A stretch of DNA of 64,000 nt from an uncultured Chloroflexia bacterium (GTDB lineage: Bacteria; Chloroflexota; Limnocylindria; Limnocylindrales; CSP1-4): NCBI GenBank assembly GCA_963766735.1, contig CAVYBU010000030.1:32001-96000 (forward strand). The letters are read 5' to 3'. The notes beneath the pieces were generated by a model. That model had not been told where the DNA came from. It saw only the letters and a program-made list of their open reading frames with translations, and ran no database searches. Position numbers and translations under genes: made by a program. Positions 1 through 9,145 of this stretch are shown in pieces; the first letter of the stretch is position 1, and each line of letters starts with the position of its first letter.

Positions 1-1
1 G

Positions 2-424
2 CTGCTCCGGCCACTGCACCAGGAAGTGGCGGGTGACCGGGCGGACCAGGCGACCCGTCAAGGTCGCCGAGTCGATCCGGTCGAAGACCTCGACGTAGAC
101 GGTCACGGCTCCCAGCAAACGTCCCACGTAGAAGAAGGGTACGGCCACCGCCGCGCCGCTGGAGACGATGTGGGTCGGGCGCTCGCGTACCAGCACGCGC
201 ACGGCCAGGAGCGTGTTCCGGATGAGGTTGCCCAGATTGCGGTTCGTCGGGTGGTGGCACCAGTACGTCCGCTCGTCGCGCAGCGCCGACACGGCATCTG
301 CGGTGTCGAACGTGACCCAGAAGCGGTCCACATCCGTCCAGGCGTCACGGAGTGCCAGGAGATGCAGCAGGTGGCCCCCGCTAGAGCCAACGAGGGCGAC
401 CCTGATCACCCGACGACGGGTCAC
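2..424 (-). CDS. PssD/Cps14F/Alg14-family oligosaccharide biosynthesis glycosyltransferase subunit (3' end runs off the window)
   Basis: Manual translation, absent from the ORF track: VIRVALVGSSGGHLLHLLAL...FWVTFD...PTNRN...IVSSGAAVAVPFF...VYVEVFDRIDSATLTGRLV...FLVQWPEQ. GTG at 424 overlaps the upstream TGA (GTGA). Confidence 0.88.
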   Translation of the reverse strand, partial: MTRRRVIRVALVGSSGGHLLHLLALRDAWTDVDRFWVTFDTADAVSALRDERTYWCHHPTNRNLGNLIRNTLLAVRVLVRERPTHIVSSGAAVAVPFFYVGRLLGAVTVYVEVFDRIDSATLTGRLVRPVTRHFLVQWPEQ

Positions 425-1615
425 CGTGTGAGATCCGCGACGACCGCCGCGACTCGCTCTGCGGCGTCCCGTCCAGACGCGGCCACGTATGGTTCGAGGC
501 CCGCCTGCTGCCGGTCGTAGGCCGCGGGATCGATGGCGGACCGGTACGCCGTCAGCGCTGACCGCAGGTCCGTTGCCGTCCGGATTGCGGCGAGGAAGGG
601 GTCGGCGACGAAGGATCGCTCGTAGCTCTCGTACCGATCCGCGATGATGACCGCCCTGGCGATCCGGCCCAGGCTGACGGCCTCGAGGAGTCCGGTCGAC
701 ACCATGGCGAGCACGAGGTCGCTGCCGAGGATGCTGGTCTCCATCGACTCGTCGTCGGATGTCACGACGGCGAAGCCGCGCTCTGACCACGCTTCGACCC
801 GGTCACGGGGATGGACCCGGACCACGAGCTCCAATCCCAGGTCCCGGCACGCGGTGGCGACCGTATCGACGTCCCGGGACTGAGCCTCGTCGGCCTCGTG
901 CTGCGCGTGCCATGCGAAGGCAGCCGGTCAGGTACAGAACCCGGCGCACGGAGCTCGGCCGGTCCGTCCCGGTCGCGTGCGGCCACCGGGGCAGCCCCGT
1001 GGCCACGACCTGCGCCGCCCGGGAGCGCATCGAGACCAGAACCTCCGCGGAGTGTCTCCCGAGCACGAACACCACGTCAGCTGGCGACAGGCCAACGTCC
1101 GAGGGCAGGATGATCCCGGCAGGCGTCGCACGGACGAGCCTGCCGAACCCCTTCAGCAGAGAGCGAACGCGGTTGAGGCCGTTCGTGGGCGCCGCGTAGT
1201 CGCTGATCATCCCGTCGAGGAGGATCGCCACCTTCGCCGGTCGCGCGAGTCGCATCGCGAGACGCTGCAGTGCGCCGTCGTTGAAAGCGATGATCACGGC
1301 TGGATGGCCGACGGCGCGCCGCATCGGTCGCACGCTTCGGAGGATGGCCCGGACCTGTCCGAGAGGGGTCATCCTGTAGAACGGGCGATCCAGAGTGACC
1401 AGCAGCTGGCGGATGTGGGCGGTGCCACCCACTAGCCCCGGATCGAGGTCCTGGTGGAACACCCCATCCATCAGCATGACTTCAGGGACCATCTCATGGG
1501 CGACCAGCTCCGGGATGAGGATGAGGGTCGTTTCCAGGTGCTGGCCATTCTGCGGAAGCAGCAGCACGACAGGCGATCGATTCGCCGACGACTGGTGCGA
1601 GGGTGCGTCCGCCAT
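421..1615 (-). CDS. Polysaccharide biosynthesis protein, GT-B/capsule-export-like; +1 frameshift near 922
   Basis: ORFs 803-1624 and 421-834 join after removing one base (VLYLTG|AFAWHAQHEAD...LVVRVHPRD...MVSTGLLEA). The HP and ST..LEA motifs are typical of sialyltransferase/TagF-like GT-B proteins. Confidence 0.6.
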
Positions 1616-1638
1616 CGGCCGCACCCTATCATCTCGTC

Positions 1639-2811
1639 ATGATCCCAGTGAACGCAGACGCCGGGTCGCCTCTCGGGCAACTCGCCTCGGAGCCGACGGC
1701 TCCTGGCTTCCTGCTCCTCCGGCGTGCGCTCCTCAACGCGGGTGATCACTTGATCGTCAAGCGCGCCCGGCGCTTGATCGAGGTCGGCCACCCCGGCATC
1801 ACGATCGACATTGCCGATGCGTGGCGCCCCCTCCGTGAGCAGGTGCCCGCGGATCGCCTCGCCGGCTACCGGGCCATCGTCATCGGCGGGGGACCGGGGT
1901 ATGCGCACGGGTTGGCGCGGACGTACCCGATCGGTGACCTGGGGGGTCTGCCGCCCGTCGTCCCCCTGGCGCTCGGCAGCTACGTCGTGCCGGGCACCGA
2001 GGCGCAGCTCGGGGCCTACCACTTTGCCGGCGAGGATCGGGCGTTCCTGGACCGGGTGTACGAGCGCAGCCCGTTCCTCGGTGCGCGGGATCCGGTGAGC
2101 GCGGAGCTGCTGCGCCGGAACGGCTACGACCGTGTTCTCATGACTGGCGATCCAGCCTGGTACGACCTGGAGCGCATGGGCGAGGACATGATCGTCCCGC
2201 CTGCGCTGGACCGTATCGCGCTGACGGCTCCAGCGAACCCCGCGTATTCCCGGCAGGCAATTCGACTGTTCGAGGCACTCGCAGCCGATCGGCCGGAAAC
2301 GTCGTTCCAGATGGTCCATCACCGCGGCGTCCAGGTGCCTTTCGCCAGACTCGCAGATCGCCACGGTTGGGAGAACCGGGAGATCAGCGGAACCGCCGAC
2401 GGGTTTGCCCTGTACGACGAGGCCGCAATGCACGTGGGCTATCGGGTCCACGCCCATCTCTATGCGATGAGCCGCGGCATTCTCTCCTACTTGGTGGCCG
2501 AGGACTCGCGGGGCACTGGGATGATCGAGGGGCTCGGCGGTGGGGGGACATCCGGCTTCGGTGACGCGCCGGGCTCATTCGCGATCTTCTCCATGCGTCA
2601 CCTGCCCCGCTACGCGAACCCAACCAAGCCGGGTAGGTGGCGGGCTGGGCCGGCCGCGGGCCGCCTGCTTGGCCTGCCGGACGTCGCGCCCGGCGTCGTC
2701 GGGATGATCCGTGCCGACGAGGCAGCCGGGTTCCCTGCGCATCAGGCCGCACGGCTACGCATCCGGGCGACGATGAAGACCATGCAGCGCATGGTTGCCT
2801 CCCTGCCGTGA
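1639..2811 (+). CDS. Polysaccharide pyruvyl transferase family protein
   Basis: NAGDHLI, IGGGPG, ARDPVS, TGDPAW and GYRVHAH motifs. Confidence 0.8.
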   Translation: MIPVNADAGSPLGQLASEPTAPGFLLLRRALLNAGDHLIVKRARRLIEVGHPGITIDIADAWRPLREQVPADRLAGYRAIVIGGGPGYAHGLARTYPIGDLGGLPPVVPLALGSYVVPGTEAQLGAYHFAGEDRAFLDRVYERSPFLGARDPVSAELLRRNGYDRVLMTGDPAWYDLERMGEDMIVPPALDRIALTAPANPAYSRQAIRLFEALAADRPETSFQMVHHRGVQVPFARLADRHGWENREISGTADGFALYDEAAMHVGYRVHAHLYAMSRGILSYLVAEDSRGTGMIEGLGGGGTSGFGDAPGSFAIFSMRHLPRYANPTKPGRWRAGPAAGRLLGLPDVAPGVVGMIRADEAAGFPAHQAARLRIRATMKTMQRMVASLP

Positions 2812-2917
2812 CCGAGCACGTTGTCGTCATCAGTCCGGCCCTGGCGCGGGCAGCCAACCGTCTCGTGCTCCCAGCACTGCAGGGAGCGCGTCATGTGGCC
2901 GGGGGCGAGACTCGACC

Positions 2918-4009
2918 ATGACGACGACAGTCGGCGCGATCGGCCCCTTGCGCGTTGAGATCACCGGGACCGGTCCGCTCGCGGCTGAGCTCCGGCAGGA
3001 GCTCAGCCCTGCAGACCGAGGCACGGTCGACCTGAGGATTGTCCTCGCGGATCGAGGCGAGGTGATGCGCCGCATGTCGCCCGCAACATATTCGGCGAAG
3101 CGGCACATGGCCTTTGGCGTCGACCGCCTCACGGCGGACGACCCGCTCCGCTATGGCCTGTTCGGCCTGTTCCAGGGCAGTCCAACCGAGCTGGTCATCG
3201 AGTCTCAGACCGAGCGCCCGTTCTCCCGCTTCAAGCGCTCGCTCGGTCCCCAGATTGGGATGCATCCGGTCCTCACGTACTCGCTCCTCTGGTACGTGGC
3301 GCATGTCCTGCTCGTCCGGCGGGGAGACGTCTCGATCCATGCCAGCGCGTGGGAAGAGGCAGGAACCGGGGTCGCCATCGCGGGGACCGGCGGCTCGGGC
3401 AAGACGAGCCTGCTGTTCCACCTCCTCGACACCCGACCCGCGGTGCGGTACCTCGGGGAGGACTTCACGATCGTCGACGCGGCGGGTCGCCTGGTGTTGA
3501 GCCCGAAGTCGGTCTCGGTCTTCTCGAGCGACCTCCAGACCGGGGCGATCCGGCTCGATGACTACCGGGGTGGGATGGGCGCCTGGCGACGGCTCCGCTG
3601 GATGGCGTGGCGCTCGCTCGGGACGACCCCGATGATCAAGATCCCGGTCGCCGCCGCCCTTGCTCCGGAGCGGATCGGCGACGGAGCGCCGCTGGGCTCC
3701 CTGGTGTACCTGATCCGCTCGGACATCGAGCGTCCTGTCGTGGAGCCCGTGGCACCGGCAGACGTCATCGCCCGGCTGCTCCATGTGGGCTGGCGGGAAC
3801 ACAAGCGCCTCCTCGAGCTGTTGCACATGGTGTCCGCCAATGCCGGGACCGGGGTTCTCATCCCCACGCCGGACGCCTTCGAGGAGGCGGAGCGGGTTGC
3901 GTTCGGTGCCGCGATGGGGGGCGCCAGGGCCTACCTGGCTCGCGTCCCGGCACGGGCGTCGCCGGACATGATCGCCAACGCGCTTCGAGATGCTGGCGCG
4001 ATCCCGTGA
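2918..4009 (+). CDS. HPr kinase-related P-loop protein
   Basis: IHASA...AIAGTGGSGKTS Walker A followed by YLGEDFTIVD (the HprK DD-motif position). Confidence 0.6.
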   Translation: MTTTVGAIGPLRVEITGTGPLAAELRQELSPADRGTVDLRIVLADRGEVMRRMSPATYSAKRHMAFGVDRLTADDPLRYGLFGLFQGSPTELVIESQTERPFSRFKRSLGPQIGMHPVLTYSLLWYVAHVLLVRRGDVSIHASAWEEAGTGVAIAGTGGSGKTSLLFHLLDTRPAVRYLGEDFTIVDAAGRLVLSPKSVSVFSSDLQTGAIRLDDYRGGMGAWRRLRWMAWRSLGTTPMIKIPVAAALAPERIGDGAPLGSLVYLIRSDIERPVVEPVAPADVIARLLHVGWREHKRLLELLHMVSANAGTGVLIPTPDAFEEAERVAFGAAMGGARAYLARVPARASPDMIANALRDAGAIP

Positions 4010-5004
4010 ACGACAGGGCTTCCGCGCCCGCCTGGGCGCCAACGGACGACCAACTGGCTCAGTTCCAGTTCAGCCCGGTCCGGCTGCTCCATGCGAACCC
4101 GAGCAAGCGCTCCGTCGTGTTCGCCGGCCGGTGGCGGGACACTCCGGCCGTGTGCAAGTGGGTAGACGCGGGGGCCCCGCAGGGTTCCTTCACGGCGCTG
4201 GAGCACGAGCGCCGCCACTACGAGGCCGGGCGCTTCGGCGCCGCGGCCGAGCTGCTCGACGCGGGTCCCGGCTACCTGATCCTGAGCGAGGTCCGAGGAA
4301 GGAGCCTTCGATCGGTCCTGGAGGTCGCCGCCCAGACAGGGGACGTCGAAGGCTTCGTCGAGGCGACGGCGGCGGCCTTCGCGATGCTCAGCGCGGTGTA
4401 CCCGCCGCTCGGATTGGATACGGGAGAGCCCGAGGATCCACGTGCCTTCGAGGCCGCAGGCGAACGCCTCTACCGGGATCTCCTGCGCTCGGGTCCTCTC
4501 GGGACGCGGCGGGGCCGCGCGACGAGGTTGGTCGGTCGGATGCTGGACCTCGCGTGCCGCCCGGGGACGCGCCGGCTGCTCCGGCGCCTTGGCCCAGGCA
4601 CGGGACTGACACAACCGGCCTGGGCTCACGGGGACCTGCACCTCGACAACCTGAACCTCGACCCCAGTGGCAAGGTGGGCGTGATCGACTTCGGCACCTC
4701 GGATGATCGCGGCTTCCCGGCACTCGACATCACCTACGCGGCGGTGACCATGGCGGCGTACGCGGCCGCCGACCCGCGGATCGAGGCTGCCTTCCGGCTC
4801 CTGGTCGACAGAATGGTGGACGGTCTGGCGCCGCGGCCACGGGCCCTGGGTGACCTCGTCTGGCACTACACGGCGATCGCGCAGACGAACCCGCGCTTCG
4901 CGCCGGGCCTCGGGCGTCGCTCGCTCCTGCGTGCCCGTCTGCGCTGCCTGGTGCGTTGCGCGATCCTGCCGCTGCTCCCCGTTGCTGTTCACCCAGGTCG
5001 CTAG
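4006..5004 (+). CDS. Aminoglycoside phosphotransferase/protein kinase-like protein
   Basis: AVCK, HGDLHLDN and VIDFG motifs; GTGA overlap with the upstream gene. Confidence 0.7.
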   Translation: MNDRASAPAWAPTDDQLAQFQFSPVRLLHANPSKRSVVFAGRWRDTPAVCKWVDAGAPQGSFTALEHERRHYEAGRFGAAAELLDAGPGYLILSEVRGRSLRSVLEVAAQTGDVEGFVEATAAAFAMLSAVYPPLGLDTGEPEDPRAFEAAGERLYRDLLRSGPLGTRRGRATRLVGRMLDLACRPGTRRLLRRLGPGTGLTQPAWAHGDLHLDNLNLDPSGKVGVIDFGTSDDRGFPALDITYAAVTMAAYAAADPRIEAAFRLLVDRMVDGLAPRPRALGDLVWHYTAIAQTNPRFAPGLGRRSLLRARLRCLVRCAILPLLPVAVHPGR

Positions 5005-5176
5005 TGCTGCGCTCGGCGCCTGACGCCGGTGATCACGTGTCAAGCAGGCGGAGCAATTCGGGTCGGGCATGGCCACGAGAGGAGGCCGCCCCCGGCCGCC
5101 GTGGCTCTCTCGCTCGCCGGCGGGCGAAGCATCCGCGCTACCATGGCGACCGTGACCCCGATGGTGGCAGTCTGAC

Positions 5177-6820
5177 GTGATCGAGCGCGTTCTCGTCATC
5201 ATCCCGGCCCGCGGGGGGTCCAAGGGGATCCCGCGCAAGAACGTCCGCAGCCTCGCTGGCCGCCCCCTCATCGCCTACGCGATCGAGACGGCGCGGCGGT
5301 CTGCCCGCCGGCCGGACGTGTTCGTGTCCAGCGAGGATCCGGAGATCCTCAACCTCGCTGGCAAGCTGGGCGCACAGATCCACCGGCGGGATCCCCGGCT
5401 GGCGGCGGACGACACAACGCTCGACGCGGTCGTCGTCCAGGCGTACCGGGAGATCGTCGCGCTGGTCGGCCACGAGTACGAGATCGTCGTCACGCTTCAG
5501 CCAACGTCGCCCCTGCTGACCTCTGCCACGCTGGACGATGCCATCGACGCGTTCCATGCGGACCCGGCGCTCGAGACGCTGCTCTCGGCGGTGGATGACA
5601 CCCACCTGACGTGGGCGCGGGCAGGCGATCGATTCGTGCCCCGGTATGCGGAACGCGTCAACCGCCAGTTCCTGGAGCCGGTGTATCGGGAGACCGGCGG
5701 CTTGATCGCGTGCCGCGGCCGGACGATCGCGAGCGGCAGCCGGATCGCGCAGCCGGCGACCCTGCTCCCGGTCTCCGGGGGTGAGGCCATCGATATCGAC
5801 ACGCGCGAGCAGTGGGCCCTCTGCGAGTGGTACCTCTCGCACGGCGACATCCTGTTCGTGGTCGCCGGATACCCGGAGATCGGCCTCGGGCATGTCCACA
5901 ACGCGCTGACCGTCGCCAATGGGCTCGTCCGGCATCGCGTTCGCTTCCTCGTCACCGCTCCGAGCGAGCTTGCGTATGAGGTGATCGCCGCCCACCACCA
6001 CGAGGTCCACCGCCAGCATGGGGACGATCTGGTCGATGAGATCGTGCGGCTCAGTCCGGACGTCGTCGTCAACGACCGCCTCGACACCGGCGCGGACGAG
6101 ATCCGCCGCCTCAAGGCCGCAGGGCTCTGCGTTGTCAACTTCGAGGATCTTGGCACGGGCGCACGGCACGCAGATCTTGTCGTCAACGCGATCTACCCCG
6201 AGCTCGAGGTTCTGCCCAATCACCACTTCGGGCCGCGCTACTTCTGCCCGCGGGCGGAGTTCGTGCTGACGTCTTCGCGGCCGGTCGTCGAGCGCGTCGA
6301 GCGCGTCCTCGTGACCTTCGGCGGCGTGGACCCGGCGAACCTCACGCGACAAGTCCTTGCAGCACTGGACGAGCCCTGTCGCGATCGCGGGATCGCGCTC
6401 GAGGTGGTCGTTGGGCGCGGTTATGCGGCTTTCGAGACGCTCGCGCCCTTCTCCTCAGTTCCCATCACCCAGGCCGTCGCCGACATGGCCGACAGGATCC
6501 GGTCCGCGGATGTTGTCATCACGTCCGCAGGCCGCACGGTATTCGAGATCGCCTGCCTCGGGACGCCGGCCATCGTCCTCGCCCAGAATGCACGGGAGCT
6601 GAGCCACACCTTCGCGTCCGAGGACAACGGCTTCGTCAACCTCGGGCTCGGCACCGACGTGTCCGCTGACACGCTCCGGACGGCCTTCACGGATCTCGTC
6701 GATGACGCCGCCCGACGGCGGCAGCTGCAGCGCCGGATGCTGGACAATGACCTCAGAGCCGGGACTGACCGGGTCGTCCGTCTGATCGAAGCGGCACTGG
6801 AGGAGCATGTCACTCGCTGA
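5177..6820 (+). CDS. Acylneuraminate cytidylyltransferase (NeuA/PseF) fused to a PseG/SpsG-like nucleotide-sugar hydrolase domain
   Basis: IIPARGGSKGIPRKN, LQPTSPL and IDID in the N-half; IGLGHV, LVTFGGVDP and AGRTVFE in the C-half. Confidence 0.88.
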   Translation: MIERVLVIIPARGGSKGIPRKNVRSLAGRPLIAYAIETARRSARRPDVFVSSEDPEILNLAGKLGAQIHRRDPRLAADDTTLDAVVVQAYREIVALVGHEYEIVVTLQPTSPLLTSATLDDAIDAFHADPALETLLSAVDDTHLTWARAGDRFVPRYAERVNRQFLEPVYRETGGLIACRGRTIASGSRIAQPATLLPVSGGEAIDIDTREQWALCEWYLSHGDILFVVAGYPEIGLGHVHNALTVANGLVRHRVRFLVTAPSELAYEVIAAHHHEVHRQHGDDLVDEIVRLSPDVVVNDRLDTGADEIRRLKAAGLCVVNFEDLGTGARHADLVVNAIYPELEVLPNHHFGPRYFCPRAEFVLTSSRPVVERVERVLVTFGGVDPANLTRQVLAALDEPCRDRGIALEVVVGRGYAAFETLAPFSSVPITQAVADMADRIRSADVVITSAGRTVFEIACLGTPAIVLAQNARELSHTFASEDNGFVNLGLGTDVSADTLRTAFTDLVDDAARRRQLQRRMLDNDLRAGTDRVVRLIEAALEEHVTR

Positions 6821-7869
6821 GCTGATTTCCGCCCACCGTGCGGTCGAGCCCCCGATCCGGCGCCCGTTCATCGTGGCCGAAGCCGGCGTGAACCACGAAG
6901 GATCGATGGAGATCGCGAAGCGTCTCATCGACGAGGCGGCCCGCGGCGGTGCCGATGCCATCAAGTTCCAGACCTACAAGGCGGATACGATCGCCGTTCG
7001 CAACAGCCCGGCGTACTGGGACCTCTCGAAGGAGCCGACAACCAGCCAGCACGAGCTGTTCGCGAAGTACGACACGTTCTGGAAAACGGAGTACGAGCAG
7101 CTCCGGCGCTACTGTGATGACGTCGGGATCGAGTTCATGTCGACCCCGTTCGACGCCGAGTCCGCGACCTTCCTGGCAGACCTCCAGGGAACCTTCAAGA
7201 TTGCCTCGGCCGACCTGACGAACCTCCCGTTCATCCGACACATCTGCAGCTTCGGCACGCCAATCCTGCTTTCCACGGGGGCATCAGAGCTCTGGGAGAT
7301 CGCCGAGGCCGTGGACACGATCGGGCGTTGCGGCAACCCACTGGCGTTGATGCACTGCGTGCTCAACTACCCGACCGACCGCCACTCCGCCAACCTCGGG
7401 ATGATCGTTGACATGCGACGGCGCTTCCCGGAGGTGCGGATCGGGTACTCCGATCACACCGTGCCCGATCCCGAAATGAGCGTCCTGACCACCGCCGTCC
7501 TGCTCGGAGCGAGCATCCTCGAGAAGCACTTCACGCACGACAAGACACTGCCCGGGAACGACCACTACCACGCGATGGACGAGGCGGACCTGATCAGGCT
7601 GGGCGCTCGAATTCGACGACCTGTTCTCGACGCTTGGCTCGTTCGAGAAGGCCGCGCTGGCCAGCGAGGCTCCCGCGCGCCTGAATGCGAGGCGAAGCTT
7701 GGTCTCGGCGCGGGTCATCCCGGCGGGAACCGTCATCGGCTCGGAGGACCTGACCTGGAAGCGTCCTGCCCACGGAATCAGCCCCAGGTTCTATGACCAG
7801 GTCCTGGGTCGGACGGCGCGGTCCGATATCCCGGACGACCAAGTCCTCCAGTGGTCCATGCTGGAGTGA
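6807..7869 (+). CDS. neuB: N-acetylneuraminate synthase family protein (NeuB/PseI/SpsE) with SAF domain; +1 frameshift near 7601
   Basis: IVAEAGVNHEG, KFQTY, STPFD, GYSDHT and EKHFT motifs. The SAF tail (NARRSLV...LTWKRPAHGISP...WSMLE*) lies in another frame and ends at 7869. Confidence 0.88.
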
Positions 7870-8804
7870 GGGTTCTCGTCACCGGCGGCGCGGGGTTCAT
7901 CGGTTCGAGGGTTGCCGCGGCGTCGGTGGCGGCCGGGAACGAGGTCATCGTCGTCGACGACCTGTCCACCGGCTCTCGTGCCGCCGTGCCGGCGGGTGCC
8001 CAGTTCCTGGTCGCCGATGTTGCCGATCCGGCGATCGCCGATCTCGTCCGGGATCTCCGCCCGACGGTCGTCATCCATGCGGCGGCGCAGGTCAGTGTCG
8101 TCCGCTCGGTGCGCGACCCGGGCAGGGACGCGGATGTGAACGTGGGCGGGACGCGCAATGTTGTCGACGGAGCCGTCCGGGCCGAGGCGCGCCGCATCGT
8201 GTTCTTCTCGAGCGGCGGGGCAATCTACGGCGAGACGACAGGGGCGACAGAGTCCGACCCGGCCCTGCCGAAGAGCCCATATGGGAGGAACAAGCTCCTC
8301 GCGGAGGGGGTGGTCGCCGGTTCCGGGATCGGTTTCGGGATCGCCCGGCTGTCGAATGTCTACGGGCCGGGGCAGCGCAGTGATCTTGAGGGCGGAGTGG
8401 TCGCCATCTTCACCGATGCGGTTGCCGCCGGGATGCCGGTCACGATCTACGGCGACGGGCAGCAGCGCCGAGACCTGATCCACGTTGATGACGTTACCGA
8501 TGCAGTGCTCCGGATTTCGACCTCGGACCTGTCGGGAACCTGGAACGTTGCCACGGGCTGCGCCTGGTCGGTCGTCGAGGTCCTGGAGAAGATCGAGGCG
8601 CGCATCGGACGCAGCGTTGCCCGGTCCTGGGCTCCCGCGCGGGAGGGCGACATCCGCGATTCCTGCCTTCGGATCGACCAGATCGCGCGAGACCTTGACT
8701 GGCGACCGAGCCTCGACCTCGATGGCGGGCTGGATCGCACCGTCGCCGCGACACGCGAGGCGGGCCGGCAGCACGACCGCCCTGGTAGCGAGACAAGCCC
8801 GTAG
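7866..8804 (+). CDS. NAD-dependent nucleotide-sugar epimerase/dehydratase (GalE/WcaG-like)
   Basis: VLVTGGAGFIG, HAAAQ, SSGGAIYG, YxxxK (YGRNK), NVYGP and RDLIHVDD motifs. Confidence 0.9.
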   Translation: MRVLVTGGAGFIGSRVAAASVAAGNEVIVVDDLSTGSRAAVPAGAQFLVADVADPAIADLVRDLRPTVVIHAAAQVSVVRSVRDPGRDADVNVGGTRNVVDGAVRAEARRIVFFSSGGAIYGETTGATESDPALPKSPYGRNKLLAEGVVAGSGIGFGIARLSNVYGPGQRSDLEGGVVAIFTDAVAAGMPVTIYGDGQQRRDLIHVDDVTDAVLRISTSDLSGTWNVATGCAWSVVEVLEKIEARIGRSVARSWAPAREGDIRDSCLRIDQIARDLDWRPSLDLDGGLDRTVAATREAGRQHDRPGSETSP

Positions 8805-8870
8805 GCCGCCTGGGTCGGCGTCTATCGTGGCGGCACCGAACGTGATCGCATGGTCGCTGTCGGGCACCGG

Positions 8871-8982
8871 CTGGTTCTACGACGCGGACGGCAAGGAGAT
8901 CACCCTGGTCCGCGGCCCGATCTTCATCCAGGTCGTCCCGACGGGCGCCAAGGTCACCTACGACGCCAAGACCCTGGACTGA
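8871..8982 (+). pseudogene. Orphan 3' fragment resembling the C-terminus of a DUF3048 (YerB-like) protein
   Basis: WFYDADGKEITLVRGPIFIQVVPTGAKVTYDAKTLD* with coding-like codon usage but no credible start or N-terminal body. Confidence 0.55.
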
Positions 8983-9145
8983 GGCTGGCGACGGCCATCC
9001 AGGCCTCGCTCCGGACCGCACTGCGACGGCGCCGCGCCGCCCTCGCGACGGCGCGGCGAGGGCGCGGCGACGGGCGTACGACAACCCCGCCGCCGGGTAC
9101 TTTCGATTGGTGCCCGGCGGCGCCGCCGGGTGACAGCATGGCGCC

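Noticed and set aside
7590-7625. Programmed ribosomal frameshift in neuB (and likewise acs and cocE)
   Set aside because: No slippery heptamer; the repeated single-base duplications fit sequencing error better.
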